Below, piece after piece: positions 1-10,566 of a stretch of DNA of 64,000 nucleotides. Under the pieces are notes generated by a model. It had not been told where the DNA came from and did not search any database. It saw only the letters and a program-made list of their open reading frames with translations. Origin of the DNA: Fidelibacterota bacterium 408169. GTDB lineage: Bacteria; Fidelibacterota; Marinisomatia; Marinisomatales; TCS55. Made by a program: the position numbers and the translations under genes. The stretch covers positions 64,017-128,016 of the forward strand of contig NNSG01000001.1 of the NCBI GenBank assembly GCA_002256485.1, written 5' to 3'. The first letter of the stretch is position 1. Every line of letters starts with the position of its first letter.

Positions 1-1
1 A

Positions 2-112
2 CGCCTTTCAAAAGGTGACCATCCATTGTACGAGGATATGACAACAATAGCCGGATTGATTCGAAGTGGTAAAATTGTTGATAGTGTCATAAAAGCAGTA
101 AAATTGGAATAA
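2..112 (+). CDS. 3' end of a gene truncated by the window edge, probably histidine ammonia-lyase
   Basis: Manual translation [36 protein letters not shown] resembles the HutH C-terminal D(R/H)PLxxDxxxxxxLIRSG pattern; the stop is 2 nt before the guaB ATG. Confidence 0.5.
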   Translation, partial: RLSKGDHPLYEDMTTIAGLIRSGKIVDSVIKAVKLE

Positions 113-114
113 AG

Positions 115-1587
115 ATGAAGAATCGTCCACCTTTTGAAGCTGCATATACATTTGACGATGTATTGCTTGTTCCCCAAAAATCATCTATTCTTCCACGAGA
201 AGTTGATATTCGTACACGACTCACAAAAAATATTTCATTGAATATTCCCTTAATGAGCGCAGCCATGGATACGGTGACTGAAAGCAGGATGGCCATAGCA
301 CTGGCTCGGGAAGGTGGAATCAGCGTTATTCATAAAAATTTATCAATTGATGAACAAGTCAAAATGGTGGATCGCGTAAAACGCTCAGAAAGCGGAATGA
401 TCATGGATCCTGTAACGATGGAAAAGGACAAGACCATTCGTGAAGCAAAAGAAGCTATGTCTCATTACCATGTAAGCGGTTTGCCTGTTTTGGAAGGTGA
501 TAAACTTATTGGCATCCTGACAAACCGTGATATTCGCTTTGAAACAAATCTTAATCTGAAAGTATCGGATTGCATGACATCTGAAAAATTGATCACTGTT
601 CCTGTTGGAACAACATTGGATAAAGCGAAAGATATTTTGCAAGAGCACCGTATCGAAAAACTTCTGGTTGTGGATGAAAAGGGTAAATTGGCCGGGTTAA
701 TTACCGTAAAAGATATTCAGAAAAAAGAAGATTTTCCAAATGCGTGTATAGATGAAACTGGGCGATTACGTGTTGGTGCCGCAGTTGGTGTGGGAGATGA
801 TTCTTTGGAAAGGGCAGAAGCATTAGCAAATGCACATGTAGATGTTGTGGTCATCGACACAGCTCATGGTCACTCATTGGGTGTATTGGCAAAAGTAAAA
901 ACCATCAAGAAAAAATTAGGAGATCGCATTGATTTGATTGCCGGTAATGTGGCAACAGCAGATGCAGCAGATGCATTGATAGATGCAGGTGTGGATTGTG
1001 TTAAAGTGGGAATTGGAGCTGGGGCCAGTTGTACAACACGTGTGATTGCTGGTGTAGGTGTCCCTCAATTAACAGCAGTAATGAATTGTGTTGATGCTGC
1101 ATCAAAGAAAGATATACCTATAATTGCTGATGGGGGAATTCGTTATAGTGGTGATATTGCAAAAGCATTAGCGTCGGGAGCTGAATCCGTTATGTTGGGA
1201 AGCTTGTTAGCCGGAATGGAAGAAAGTCCCGGTGAAACTATTTTGTATGAAGGTCGTCAGTATAAAGCCTATCGTGGAATGGGTTCCATGGGTGCAATGA
1301 AAGAGGGTAGCGGTGACCGTTATTTCCAAGAAGGTGCAGAAGCGACTAAATTGGTTCCAGAAGGAATAGAAGGAATCGTTCCTTATAGAGGTTCTGTACG
1401 AAACACGATTCATCAACTCGTTGGTGGATTACGAGCTTCAATGGGATATTGTGGTGCGAAAGATCTGAATTCTTATCATAAAAATGCTGAATTTGTTCAG
1501 ATTACTGTAGCAGGAGTTAAGGAAAATCACCCCCATGAAGTACGCATTGTAAAAGAAGCACCTAATTATCAGGTCTCAGATGGATAA
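115..1587 (+). CDS. guaB: IMP dehydrogenase
   Basis: [12 protein letters not shown] pair, catalytic loop [22 protein letters not shown]. Confidence 0.98.
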   Translation: MKNRPPFEAAYTFDDVLLVPQKSSILPREVDIRTRLTKNISLNIPLMSAAMDTVTESRMAIALAREGGISVIHKNLSIDEQVKMVDRVKRSESGMIMDPVTMEKDKTIREAKEAMSHYHVSGLPVLEGDKLIGILTNRDIRFETNLNLKVSDCMTSEKLITVPVGTTLDKAKDILQEHRIEKLLVVDEKGKLAGLITVKDIQKKEDFPNACIDETGRLRVGAAVGVGDDSLERAEALANAHVDVVVIDTAHGHSLGVLAKVKTIKKKLGDRIDLIAGNVATADAADALIDAGVDCVKVGIGAGASCTTRVIAGVGVPQLTAVMNCVDAASKKDIPIIADGGIRYSGDIAKALASGAESVMLGSLLAGMEESPGETILYEGRQYKAYRGMGSMGAMKEGSGDRYFQEGAEATKLVPEGIEGIVPYRGSVRNTIHQLVGGLRASMGYCGAKDLNSYHKNAEFVQITVAGVKENHPHEVRIVKEAPNYQVSDG

Positions 1588-1650
1588 GAATTTTGTTTTA
1601 ATAATTTAACCACATCAATCAACCAATCAGTCAAGTTGGTCTATCAATCA

Positions 1651-1676
1651 AAAAAGCCCCGTAATTGGGGCTTTTT
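1651..1676. terminator. Bidirectional intrinsic terminator between convergent guaB and rpsT
   Basis: AAAAAGCCCC-gtaatt-GGGGCTTTTT, perfect 10-bp arms with A and T tracts. Confidence 0.85.
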
Positions 1677-1703
1677 CTATTTAGTATTTTGGGGGGAGAG
1701 AAT

Positions 1704-1958
1704 TTACGTGAGTGAATTCAAATGACGTGTAATTCGGGATTTTCGTCGTGCGGCTGTATTCTTTTTAATCAAACCATTACCGGCAGCTTTATCAATAATG
1801 CTAACAGCTTGTTTATACAGCTTATCTGCTTCATCTTGTTTTGTCGACGTCAAAACATTTTTTATAGCACTGCGTAATTTGGACATATCAGCAATGTTTT
1901 TTGCTCGACGATGTTTGTCCTGTCTTTCCCTCTTAATTTGTTGGGGATGTCTATCCAT
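1704..1958 (-). CDS. rpsT: 30S ribosomal protein S20
   Basis: 84 aa basic protein; SKLRSAIK...AVSIIDKAAGNGLIKKNTAARRKSR. Confidence 0.95.
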   Translation of the reverse strand: MDRHPQQIKRERQDKHRRAKNIADMSKLRSAIKNVLTSTKQDEADKLYKQAVSIIDKAAGNGLIKKNTAARRKSRITRHLNSLT

Positions 1959-2259
1959 AAATAAAATATCCTTTTTAATGAAAAATTCGGCTGGAAAATT
2001 ATCCCTTAAATATTAGAAACCCAAAGAAAGATTAACTTATTTTCGAATGAAGTAAAATGCATAAACTTGCTTGTCCGCCGTAATGAAATGTAGACTGAAC
2101 TAAACTTCTGTTGACTATTGAACATTTTGGTTACCAAATCTTTTTAACGCAAAACTCTTTTTCCATGCCGTCAGCGTTTCACATCCCTAGTAGCGGGGGT
2201 TTAAAAATGTACATTCTGCTTTATTGTAATTTATTTCGTACAATGCTAGGTACGAATCT

Positions 2260-2769
2260 CTATAGTTGTCGGAAGATTGCATCAAGTATGTTTGGAACTT
2301 CTCGTTCAGATGAAGCGAAATCGTGAAATTCACCTTCTGAACTTCTATATATACCCTCAGCTATTATTTCACCCGAATCAGGATCAATAAGATAAATTTT
2401 GAGTACAAATAAGTAGTTTTTAATATCCCATTTCCAAAGATCTTGATATACCAAAAATAAATCTGAATTACTTGGATCTTTTTCTTTTGAACCATAGGTC
2501 GTTTGGATCCCTTTTCTATTCAAATAATCTTCTATATGTTTCTTTGTATTACCGATCTCAGGTGATAGTTCAGTTTCTTTATCCCATGTTGACATTGCAA
2601 CAAAGGGGCCTAAAGGGAGTATAATAAAGCCCTTTGGGATTTTGTACGAAATTGAACTATCAAGAATATGGATTTATGAAATTTGTCTTTGATATTCTGA
2701 TGAGACATCAACTTGTAGAGTTCCAGCACATCCTATAAATAACAGCAATAAGAGACAGAATTTCTTCAT
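2260..2769 (-). pseudogene. Lipoprotein gene interrupted by one in-frame TAA at codon 32 (2674-2676)
   Basis: MKKFCLLLLLFIGC lipobox from ATG 2769; after the TAA the same frame stays open and joins the ORF-track 2260..2595 protein. Confidence 0.7.
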
Positions 2770-3047
2770 TTAATGTATACCTTAATTTTTTAGATCTAAC
2801 AGTAAATATCCGGCGTAAAAGCCGTCATATCCCACTTACTGATTTCGTGAATCAATGTTGTTATACAGTATGAATAATTGTGCTTATCTTTTAACAATCC
2901 CTTACCCAAACATTTTTTATTCAAATCAAACACGATTGAAATTAAAATTGATCGTAAGAAAAAACAATCCCCATATCAGTAATGAATTCAAATAATGAAA
3001 CTGATTTTCATGATTTGAAATGCACCTAAAATCGTGTATTTTTGTCT

Positions 3048-3728
3048 ATGGATAAAATTGCTCTCCTGCATACTGTCCCCATTTTTAGGGACTTAAGCGA
3101 AAAAGATATTGTTGCCATGTCAGATAAAATGGTGTCTCGTTCGTACACTCAAGGACAAATGATTCTCCTCGAAGAAGCCCTGGGAGAAACATTTTTTGTT
3201 ATTGCCGGCGGCAGTGTTAAAATTACTCGCTTGAGCGATGATGGCCGAGAAGTGATTCTAGCCATGTTGGGTGAAGGAGACTTCTTCGGAGAAATGTCTT
3301 TACTCGACGGAGAAGGCCGATCAGCCAATGTTGTTGCTTTGGATGAAGCGCAAGTACTCACACTTTCCAGAAATGATTTTTTGGATATTTTACAGACATT
3401 TCCAAAAATTGCCATTAGTCTATTGGAAGAATTGGCTCTCCGATTGAGAAAAAGCGATCAGCAGATTGAAAGCCTTTCTTTAAGTGATGTTGAACATCGA
3501 ATTGGCATGACCTTGGTTCGTCTTTCTGAAGAACTGGGAAAAATAAAAAATGGTAATGTAAGTATTAATAATCTTCCTTATCAGCAGGATATTGCGAATA
3601 TGGCAGGTACGTCCAGAGAAACGGTGTCGAGGACACTTTCACTTTTAGAAGAAAAAGGATTGGTTAAACGTGAAGGCCGAGACCTGAAAATATTTGATTA
3701 TTCTGCCTTTTGCAGGGCATTCTCATAA
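3048..3728 (+). CDS. CRP/FNR family transcriptional regulator
   Basis: cNMP-binding motifs GDFFGEMSLLD and RSANVVA; C-terminal HTH QQDIANMAGTSRETVSR; ATG 3048 preferred over TTG 3042. Confidence 0.95.
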   Translation: MDKIALLHTVPIFRDLSEKDIVAMSDKMVSRSYTQGQMILLEEALGETFFVIAGGSVKITRLSDDGREVILAMLGEGDFFGEMSLLDGEGRSANVVALDEAQVLTLSRNDFLDILQTFPKIAISLLEELALRLRKSDQQIESLSLSDVEHRIGMTLVRLSEELGKIKNGNVSINNLPYQQDIANMAGTSRETVSRTLSLLEEKGLVKREGRDLKIFDYSAFCRAFS

Positions 3729-3746
3729 AACCTTAAATTTCTCACC

Positions 3747-4682
3747 ATGGAAAAACGTATAATCGAAGGTGTAAGAGCCAACGATCACCGTACGCTGTCT
3801 CGTGTTATCAGCCAAATTGAATTTGATGAATCGTTGAATGATGATTTTTTTATTGATCTTCACGAAAACAGCTCACACTCAATCCGACTAGGTATTACCG
3901 GTCCTCCGGGATCAGGAAAAAGCACATTAACAGATCAGCTGATTGGTCAATTTATCGAGCATGGCAAATCTGTAGGTGTTGTGGCTATAGATCCAACCAG
4001 TCCGTTTACAGGTGGAGCTTTGCTGGGTGATCGGGTGCGCATGAACCGATATATTTGGGAGGAAAAAGTATTTATCCGCAGCATGGGAACTCATGGAAAT
4101 TTAGGAGGTCTTGCGCGAAAAGCGCAGGATGTGGGTGATGTCCTATCAGCCAGCGGAAAAGATGTAATCATTTTTGAAACCGTTGGTGTAGGTCAAGGCG
4201 AGCATGATGTTGCGAAAGCTGTTGATTTGACTATCGTTGTTCTTGTACCTGAATCCGGAGATGAAATTCAAATGATGAAGGCAGGTTTAATTGAAATAGC
4301 TGATCTCTTTATTATCAATAAGGCTGATAGAGACGGAGCGAATAGACTCGCTCAATTATTGCAAAATATACTTCATACTGCCAATAGAGGCGATAAACTT
4401 GAACCACCCGTTTTTACAACAGTAGCAAGTGATGGAACTGGAATAACAGAATTATTTACAGGAATACATGATCAATTAGAGAAGATGAAATTGAATGGTT
4501 TTTTGGATAATAAACGGTTGGAACGACATCGCAGCAGAGTATTAGGATTAGTTCAGGAAAAATTATTGGATGATTTTTGGACGTCAGAAAAACAGGAATC
4601 ATTGGAAAAACAAACAAATTCAATTGACTCTATCAAATCATCTCCCCATGAAATATCTGAATTATTATTAAATCATGAGTAA
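3747..4682 (+). CDS. meaB: Methylmalonyl-CoA mutase-associated GTPase MeaB/ArgK
   Basis: GITGPPGSGKST, AIDPTSPFTGGALLGDRVRM, ETVGVGQ, INKAD. Confidence 0.93.
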   Translation: MEKRIIEGVRANDHRTLSRVISQIEFDESLNDDFFIDLHENSSHSIRLGITGPPGSGKSTLTDQLIGQFIEHGKSVGVVAIDPTSPFTGGALLGDRVRMNRYIWEEKVFIRSMGTHGNLGGLARKAQDVGDVLSASGKDVIIFETVGVGQGEHDVAKAVDLTIVVLVPESGDEIQMMKAGLIEIADLFIINKADRDGANRLAQLLQNILHTANRGDKLEPPVFTTVASDGTGITELFTGIHDQLEKMKLNGFLDNKRLERHRSRVLGLVQEKLLDDFWTSEKQESLEKQTNSIDSIKSSPHEISELLLNHE

Positions 4683-5397
4683 ATCAAGCGAAATGCCCTT
4701 TCTTGATCATTTGGAAGAATTACGTTGGCGATTAATTAAATCGTTGGCGGCTATTATCGTCGGTGGTATGGTGACGTTTTTATTTATCGATGATATTATA
4801 GCTCTTTTAATAATGCCTACTGAACATATTGATTCACCCATGGAATTACAAGTCCTTACTGTTCAGGGTATGTTTATGATAAAATGGGGTTTAGCAATTG
4901 TAGGTGGTTTTATTCTTGCATTACCTGTAATTACTTACCATTTGGCAAAATTCATTGCTCCCGGATTACATAGAAGTGAAAAAAAATTCATGATACCATT
5001 GGTTTTATTCAGTTATCTTTCTTTTCTCATCGGTGTTGTTTTTTCCTATAAAATTATGGTTCCATTTTCCTTACAATTTTTTTCATCCTTGGGAACTGGA
5101 GATATTCAAAATAATTATTCAATCAATTATTATTTTAGTTTTATTACATGGCTCATGTTAGGTAGTGGTATCATTTTTGAGCTACCCGTACTTGTATTTA
5201 TTTTCTCAAAGATCGGTTTATTAACACCGCCTTTTATGCGTCATTATCGCCGTCATTCATTTATAATTATTTTAATTTTATCAGCGTTAATTACTCCTCC
5301 GGATCCTATAAGTTTGATGTTAATGTGTATTCCGCTAGTTCTTTTATATGAATTAAGTATTGGAGTAAGTTGGATGGTCAATAAAAGTAAAACCTAG
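4675..5397 (+). CDS. tatC: Twin-arginine translocase subunit TatC
   Basis: MPFLDHLEELRWRL, FELP, ITPPDP, multiple TM helices. Confidence 0.95.
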   Translation: MSKSSEMPFLDHLEELRWRLIKSLAAIIVGGMVTFLFIDDIIALLIMPTEHIDSPMELQVLTVQGMFMIKWGLAIVGGFILALPVITYHLAKFIAPGLHRSEKKFMIPLVLFSYLSFLIGVVFSYKIMVPFSLQFFSSLGTGDIQNNYSINYYFSFITWLMLGSGIIFELPVLVFIFSKIGLLTPPFMRHYRRHSFIIILILSALITPPDPISLMLMCIPLVLLYELSIGVSWMVNKSKT

Positions 5398-5406
5398 CAA
5401 ATTTTC

Positions 5407-6396
5407 ATGCGTGAAGAAATAAAAAATCTAAAACAAATCACTGCTCCTATCTTTGAAGATTTAAAAATCTTCGAAAATGAGTTTCGTGAAGCAATGCAAT
5501 CTGAAGTTCGTTTAGTAAACACAATCGGCAAATATTTGTTGCGTCATAAAGGAAAACATATTCGTCCCATTTTGACCATACTTTCCGCACGCTTAACAGG
5601 TAAACCTACTTTACAGAGTTATCAGGCTGCAGCGATGATAGAACTTTTGCACGTGGCAACACTCATTCATGATGATGTGGTTGACGGTGCAGATAAACGG
5701 CGAGGTTTTCTGGCCATCAATCGGATTTGGAAAAATAAAATATCTATTCTTATGGGCGATTTTTTGTTTAGTAAGGTTCTGATTAATCTAATAAAATTAA
5801 GAGATTTAGATGCATTAACACTTTTATCCAATACCGCTGAAAAATTGAGTGCAGGAGAAATTCTACAAATCGAAAAAAGTATGTCTAAAAAGATGACTGA
5901 AGACGTTTATTATGATATGATTTATCAAAAAACAGCCTCATTGATTTCTACCAGTTGTGAAATTGGTGCTATCACTGCTTCGGAGAAAAAAGTGGATAGA
6001 CAGAATATGGCACTATTCGGGAAGCATCTTGGGATGGCTTTCCAGATAAAGGACGACTTGTTTGATTTGGAAGGTACGGAATCTGAAACAGGGAAGAATG
6101 TTGGGTTAGATGTTAAGAAAAATATGATCACACTCCCATTGATCCATAGCTACAGTAATATTTCTAAAACGGGCGAAAGAAAAATTAAACGAATCATGCG
6201 AAATAAACATAAAACGGATGATGATGTTAACGAATTGAAAAATATTATTCATGAAACTGATGGTTTTAATTATGCACGAAAAAAGATTGATGATTTCAGT
6301 TCCATCGCCATTGAAGCCATCAGTCAATATCCTGATTCTGTTTATAAAGATTCTTTAATCGACCTGGTGGCCTATAACATTCAACGCACCGGTTAA
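5407..6396 (+). CDS. Polyprenyl diphosphate synthase (IspB-like)
   Basis: GKHIRP, LIHDDVVD and FQIKDDLFD aspartate-rich motifs. Confidence 0.92.
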   Translation: MREEIKNLKQITAPIFEDLKIFENEFREAMQSEVRLVNTIGKYLLRHKGKHIRPILTILSARLTGKPTLQSYQAAAMIELLHVATLIHDDVVDGADKRRGFLAINRIWKNKISILMGDFLFSKVLINLIKLRDLDALTLLSNTAEKLSAGEILQIEKSMSKKMTEDVYYDMIYQKTASLISTSCEIGAITASEKKVDRQNMALFGKHLGMAFQIKDDLFDLEGTESETGKNVGLDVKKNMITLPLIHSYSNISKTGERKIKRIMRNKHKTDDDVNELKNIIHETDGFNYARKKIDDFSSIAIEAISQYPDSVYKDSLIDLVAYNIQRTG

Positions 6397-6398
6397 TC

Positions 6399-7421
6399 GT
6401 GGATAGCCCCCGGACCATTTTGGTCCTGCGTTTCAGTTCCATCGGTGATATAGTACAAGCAACGTCACCACTAGCGTCTCTTCGAAATCGATTCCCTAAT
6501 GCACGGATTGATTTTATGACCTTAAGTCATTTTGCACCGATATTAGAGAATCATCCCTCCATTAACCGTCTTATTCAAATTAATTCATCTGAACCTGTCA
6601 TGACCTTGGGTAGTATGGGCAATAGTATAGATGAAGAATATGATCTGGTTGTGGATTTACATAATTCACTGCGCACAAAAATCATGTGTCGTCGGATTGT
6701 GGATACTGAAACCTTGGTGTATAAAAAACCACGCTGGAAACGGTTGAAATTATTTCAATTACACATAAATGATTTTGCAAATGGATTCAATCAACGATCA
6801 TTATATCATGATTGTCTTGAACCCGTTTTAAATGGACAAACTGACATTCCCAGTACGACACTTTCAATTTCAGAAAATGAAAAGAATCAAACAACTGATC
6901 TATTAAAACAATATGGTATTGAACATGATTATTTAGTCGTAATTCCCAGTGCTGCGTGGAAAACGAAACTGTGGTCGATTGAGAAGTATAAATCAGTATT
7001 CTCAACTTTATTAAACGAAACAGATTTATCTATAATTATATTGGGATCTGTTAAGGATGAAATTTGTGATGAAATTGATATAGATGATTCGAGAGTTTTG
7101 AACGTAAAAGGTAAAACTGATTTAAGAACTTCATTAGGTATCATTAATAATGCACAAGCTGCAGTGGGCAGCGATACAGGATTAGTCCATGCTGCAGAAG
7201 CACTGGGTGTTCCTGCTGTTATGATTATGGGACCAACATCTGTTGAAACAGGTGGTGGAACGTTTTTGGAAAATTCTGTAACACTTGCGAATGAAAGTCT
7301 ATGGTGCCGTCCCTGTTCTCAAAATGGCAAAACACCTTGTTATCGAAAAGAACAATATTGCATGACGTCTATTACACCTGAAAATGTTATTAATTCCCTA
7401 AATAGTATTTTGTCAGTATGA
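6399..7421 (+). CDS. GT9 LPS heptosyltransferase (WaaF-like)
   Basis: RFSSIGDIV, DLHNSLRT, GSDTGLVHAAEALGVP. Confidence 0.9.
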   Translation: MDSPRTILVLRFSSIGDIVQATSPLASLRNRFPNARIDFMTLSHFAPILENHPSINRLIQINSSEPVMTLGSMGNSIDEEYDLVVDLHNSLRTKIMCRRIVDTETLVYKKPRWKRLKLFQLHINDFANGFNQRSLYHDCLEPVLNGQTDIPSTTLSISENEKNQTTDLLKQYGIEHDYLVVIPSAAWKTKLWSIEKYKSVFSTLLNETDLSIIILGSVKDEICDEIDIDDSRVLNVKGKTDLRTSLGIINNAQAAVGSDTGLVHAAEALGVPAVMIMGPTSVETGGGTFLENSVTLANESLWCRPCSQNGKTPCYRKEQYCMTSITPENVINSLNSILSV

Positions 7422-8698
7422 TCCTTATTACAAAACTGATTTATAATTTTATTTTATTCCCGCTTATAATGATCCTAATGATAATTGGAGCATTATTCCA
7501 CAAAAAGATTAGAGAAGGATTCAGTGGTCGATTAAAATCAATAAATGAATTAATAAAATTCAGTAAACAGCGTAAAGTATGGGAGAAATGTTATTGGTTT
7601 CATGCCGCTTCGTTTGGTGAATATGAACAAATTCGTCCAGTATTGGCGGGTTTAAAAGAAGTGGAACCCACAGCAAAAATTATTGCCAGTTTCTTTTCAC
7701 CTTCCGGTTACAATAACGTACATGATGATCATATCAACTGTAAGATTTATCTGCCCTTTGATTTCCCATGGACCATCCGGAAAGCCATGAAACTTGCTCG
7801 CCCACGGAAACTTATTTTTGCAGCTTATGATATTTGGCCGAATCTTATTTGGTCAGCACATAGACGGAAAATACATTCAACGCTTTTTGCAGCGCGATTT
7901 GTTTCAGGCACCAAAAAGCTTAAACCCATCATCCGGAATTTTTATCGAAGTGTTTATCGTTGCTTCATGACCATTTATACTGTGGATGAATCAGATTACA
8001 TACGCGTACAAGAATTAGTGAAAGGGAAGAACCGGCCTGTTTTGAGGGTTTTGGGAAATCCCCGTTATGATCAGGTAAAATCCAAAGCGGACGAATTTAC
8101 AGTTGCTCATACTGAATCAGTTTTAGACCGTGAAAAAAACATTATCGCTGGCAGTATTCACAGTGAAGATGAAGCAGTGGTTATGGAAGCATTCGTTGAT
8201 ATATTGAAAAAACACGAGAACGTTTCGTTGGTTTGGGTGCCCCATGATCCGGATGAACGATACATTGCTCGGGCTGAATCATATTTTATTGATAATGGAT
8301 TTGATTGCAAACGATTGAAAAAGAAAACGGTAAAATTACCAAAAGCGAAAGTAGTTTTGGTAGATGTGGTTGGCATTTTATCCAGACTTTACTGGCATGG
8401 TCAAATCGCCTATATCGGCGGCGGATTTTCTACCGGTGTTCATAATACTATGGAACCAGCTATAGCCCGGTTGCCTGTGTTGTTTGGTCCGAAACATGAA
8501 CAATTTCACGCTACAGGCGAACTCATCAAAGCTGGTGGCGGTTTTATGGTCAATAATCATGATGAAGTCTTTGGTGTGTTGGATAATCTATTGACCAATC
8601 AGGATCTTTTTCTTCAAGCCAGTTATGCATCAACGGATGTGATTCACCAAAATCTGGGTTCAGCCACACGAGTCGTTCGGGGAATTATTCGTGACTGA
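7418..8698 (+). CDS. waaA: Kdo transferase
   Basis: WFHAASFGE, YLPFDFP, GNPRYD, AGSIH, GGGFSTGVHNTMEPA. Confidence 0.92.
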   Translation: MILITKLIYNFILFPLIMILMIIGALFHKKIREGFSGRLKSINELIKFSKQRKVWEKCYWFHAASFGEYEQIRPVLAGLKEVEPTAKIIASFFSPSGYNNVHDDHINCKIYLPFDFPWTIRKAMKLARPRKLIFAAYDIWPNLIWSAHRRKIHSTLFAARFVSGTKKLKPIIRNFYRSVYRCFMTIYTVDESDYIRVQELVKGKNRPVLRVLGNPRYDQVKSKADEFTVAHTESVLDREKNIIAGSIHSEDEAVVMEAFVDILKKHENVSLVWVPHDPDERYIARAESYFIDNGFDCKRLKKKTVKLPKAKVVLVDVVGILSRLYWHGQIAYIGGGFSTGVHNTMEPAIARLPVLFGPKHEQFHATGELIKAGGGFMVNNHDEVFGVLDNLLTNQDLFLQASYASTDVIHQNLGSATRVVRGIIRD

Positions 8699-10007
8699 TC
8701 TGTTGCAATTCAACCTTTCTTTTTCAAAATTCAAGTTTGATAATTCCTTCACATTCGAAAGCGGCTTGCACGTCATTTACGGTGAAAGCGGGAGGGGGAA
8801 ATCAGCTTTAATTAATCAAATTCTTGGTTTTGAAAAAAGCCATGAAAATTTTGAACTAACGAATATCAATCGACATGATGAAGTTCAGAAAGTATTTCAA
8901 AATCCAGATACGCAGATTGTAAGTTCAACTTTAGATGGTGAATTGGCATTTTCTCTGGAATGCAGATCGAATGATCAGACATTCATATCAAAAAAGCTTG
9001 AAAATATTCGAGATAACCTATTTTTAGAAATGGACGGATACCGTCATCCCGCATCATTGAGTGGTGGAGAAAAAGAAATACTAAACATTATAACAGCATT
9101 TAGCGTTGACCCTAAACTTATCTTAATTGATGATGGATTATCATTTCTTAATACGAATAAAAAACAAGAAATGATCCATTATATCCAAGATCGAATTGAG
9201 ATTACAAATAGTATTGTCCTCTGGTTTACTAGTGATTGCAATGATCTTCAATTTGGAAAAACGCAATGGGAATTGACATTGTCATCAATGCATGAATGGA
9301 AAAATCAAATAAATTCATTAGAGAAAATTGTTCATCCTCCAAAAACGAATGATGTAAACCTGAAATGTAAGGACATGACCTTTACCTATAACGGAAATAG
9401 TAATTTGTTTAAAAGCATTAACCTACAAATTAACAATTTTCGATCATTGGGAATTACAGGATCAAATGGATCGGGAAAAACAACGTTGGCAAAATTACTC
9501 CTCGATATTGAAAAGCCCGAATCCGGTTCTATATCTTTAACCAAATCCGATAAAAAAGCTGCCGTCGCATACCTTGAACAATTTCCGGAGAAAATGATCG
9601 GCGCTGATACGTTGTCTGATTTTGTAGAAAGGCTGGTTAGTGCCGGAAAACTGGACAAACACAAAATAAGCCATAGTATAAATAATCTTAAAAGTTGTCA
9701 ATTGGAATGGACACAGATAAAAGAAAAAACAGCATTGGATTTACCTTGGTCAACTCTGCGGTTAGTTTTGACCATTTGGCTCTTAAATTGTAAATATGAT
9801 TTGCTTATTTTAGATGAACCAACATTTGGTCTGGGACGGGAACAAGTTTTAACTTTGGTCCGTCAATTACACTTATATTTGAAGAATAAATATCTGATCA
9901 TTATTTCTCATGATACAGAATTTATATATACATTTTGTGATCGTGTATTTGATTTGGATCAAAACACGATAAATGCTGAAAAGAAAAACTTAATTTCAAA
10001 TGGATAA
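8691..10007 (+). CDS. Tandem-NBD ABC ATPase of ECF (EcfA-EcfA') type, partly degenerate
   Basis: Two Walker A motifs (GESGRGKS, GSNGSGKT); EcfA-like VFQNPDTQ and EcfA'-like EQFPE Q-loops. Confidence 0.8.
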   Translation: MTDLLQFNLSFSKFKFDNSFTFESGLHVIYGESGRGKSALINQILGFEKSHENFELTNINRHDEVQKVFQNPDTQIVSSTLDGELAFSLECRSNDQTFISKKLENIRDNLFLEMDGYRHPASLSGGEKEILNIITAFSVDPKLILIDDGLSFLNTNKKQEMIHYIQDRIEITNSIVLWFTSDCNDLQFGKTQWELTLSSMHEWKNQINSLEKIVHPPKTNDVNLKCKDMTFTYNGNSNLFKSINLQINNFRSLGITGSNGSGKTTLAKLLLDIEKPESGSISLTKSDKKAAVAYLEQFPEKMIGADTLSDFVERLVSAGKLDKHKISHSINNLKSCQLEWTQIKEKTALDLPWSTLRLVLTIWLLNCKYDLLILDEPTFGLGREQVLTLVRQLHLYLKNKYLIIISHDTEFIYTFCDRVFDLDQNTINAEKKNLISNG

Positions 10008-10563
10008 TCCTAAAGCAAAATTTATGGACCCCACACGGATCTTGACCGTGGCCAACATGATTAGTCTTCTCCGGGCGTTTATGGCAATTCCCATTATTTA
10101 TTTTTTACAAAATGAAAATTGGAATTTAGCGTTTGTGCTCATCATGCTGGCAATTTTATCTGACACACTGGATGGATATTTTGCCCGTCGTGCCCACGAA
10201 GTTACCCATTTTGGTAAATGGTTGGATCCCATTGCTGACTTTGTCGTGATACTTGCCGTTGCTTCTTACTTGGTGGTGGAAGGGTTATTCCCAGCGTGGT
10301 TTTATTGGTTCTTCCTCGGGCGTTATGTGGCTATTGCTCTTCCGGCAATTTATTATTTAAACAGTCGTGATTACATTCTTCAATCTAATTGGTATGGAAA
10401 ATGGGCAGCAGGCATATCGACACTTTCTATTGTTTTGCACATTTTCCCTATCGCCCAATTATCTTGGTTACCCGCATTCACTTTATATATTGCAACAGGA
10501 TTATTGACTATTAGTTATCTGAAATATTTACGGTCTTTTTCTAAAGTATCAAAACAGGCTTAG
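10000..10563 (+). CDS. CDP-alcohol phosphatidyltransferase (PgsA-like)
   Basis: ANMISLLR; DTLDGYFARR...GKWLDPIAD signature. Confidence 0.92.
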   Translation: MDNPKAKFMDPTRILTVANMISLLRAFMAIPIIYFLQNENWNLAFVLIMLAILSDTLDGYFARRAHEVTHFGKWLDPIADFVVILAVASYLVVEGLFPAWFYWFFLGRYVAIALPAIYYLNSRDYILQSNWYGKWAAGISTLSIVLHIFPIAQLSWLPAFTLYIATGLLTISYLKYLRSFSKVSKQA

Positions 10564-10566
10564 ACC

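Noticed and set aside
1960-2259. Possible mobile-element remnant or ncRNA upstream of rpsT (GC-rich patches TCCGCCGTAATGAAATG, TAGCGGGGGT; hairpin TTCGTAC/GTACGAA)
   Set aside because: No intact ORF, terminal repeat pair or recognisable RNA family; too degenerate to call
2794-2866. attC-like site on the minus strand (GTATAAC...GTTAGAT, 73 bp) just upstream of the interrupted lipoprotein
   Set aside because: L-box pairing is poor, there is no matching attC after the gene, and no integrase or second cassette is in the window
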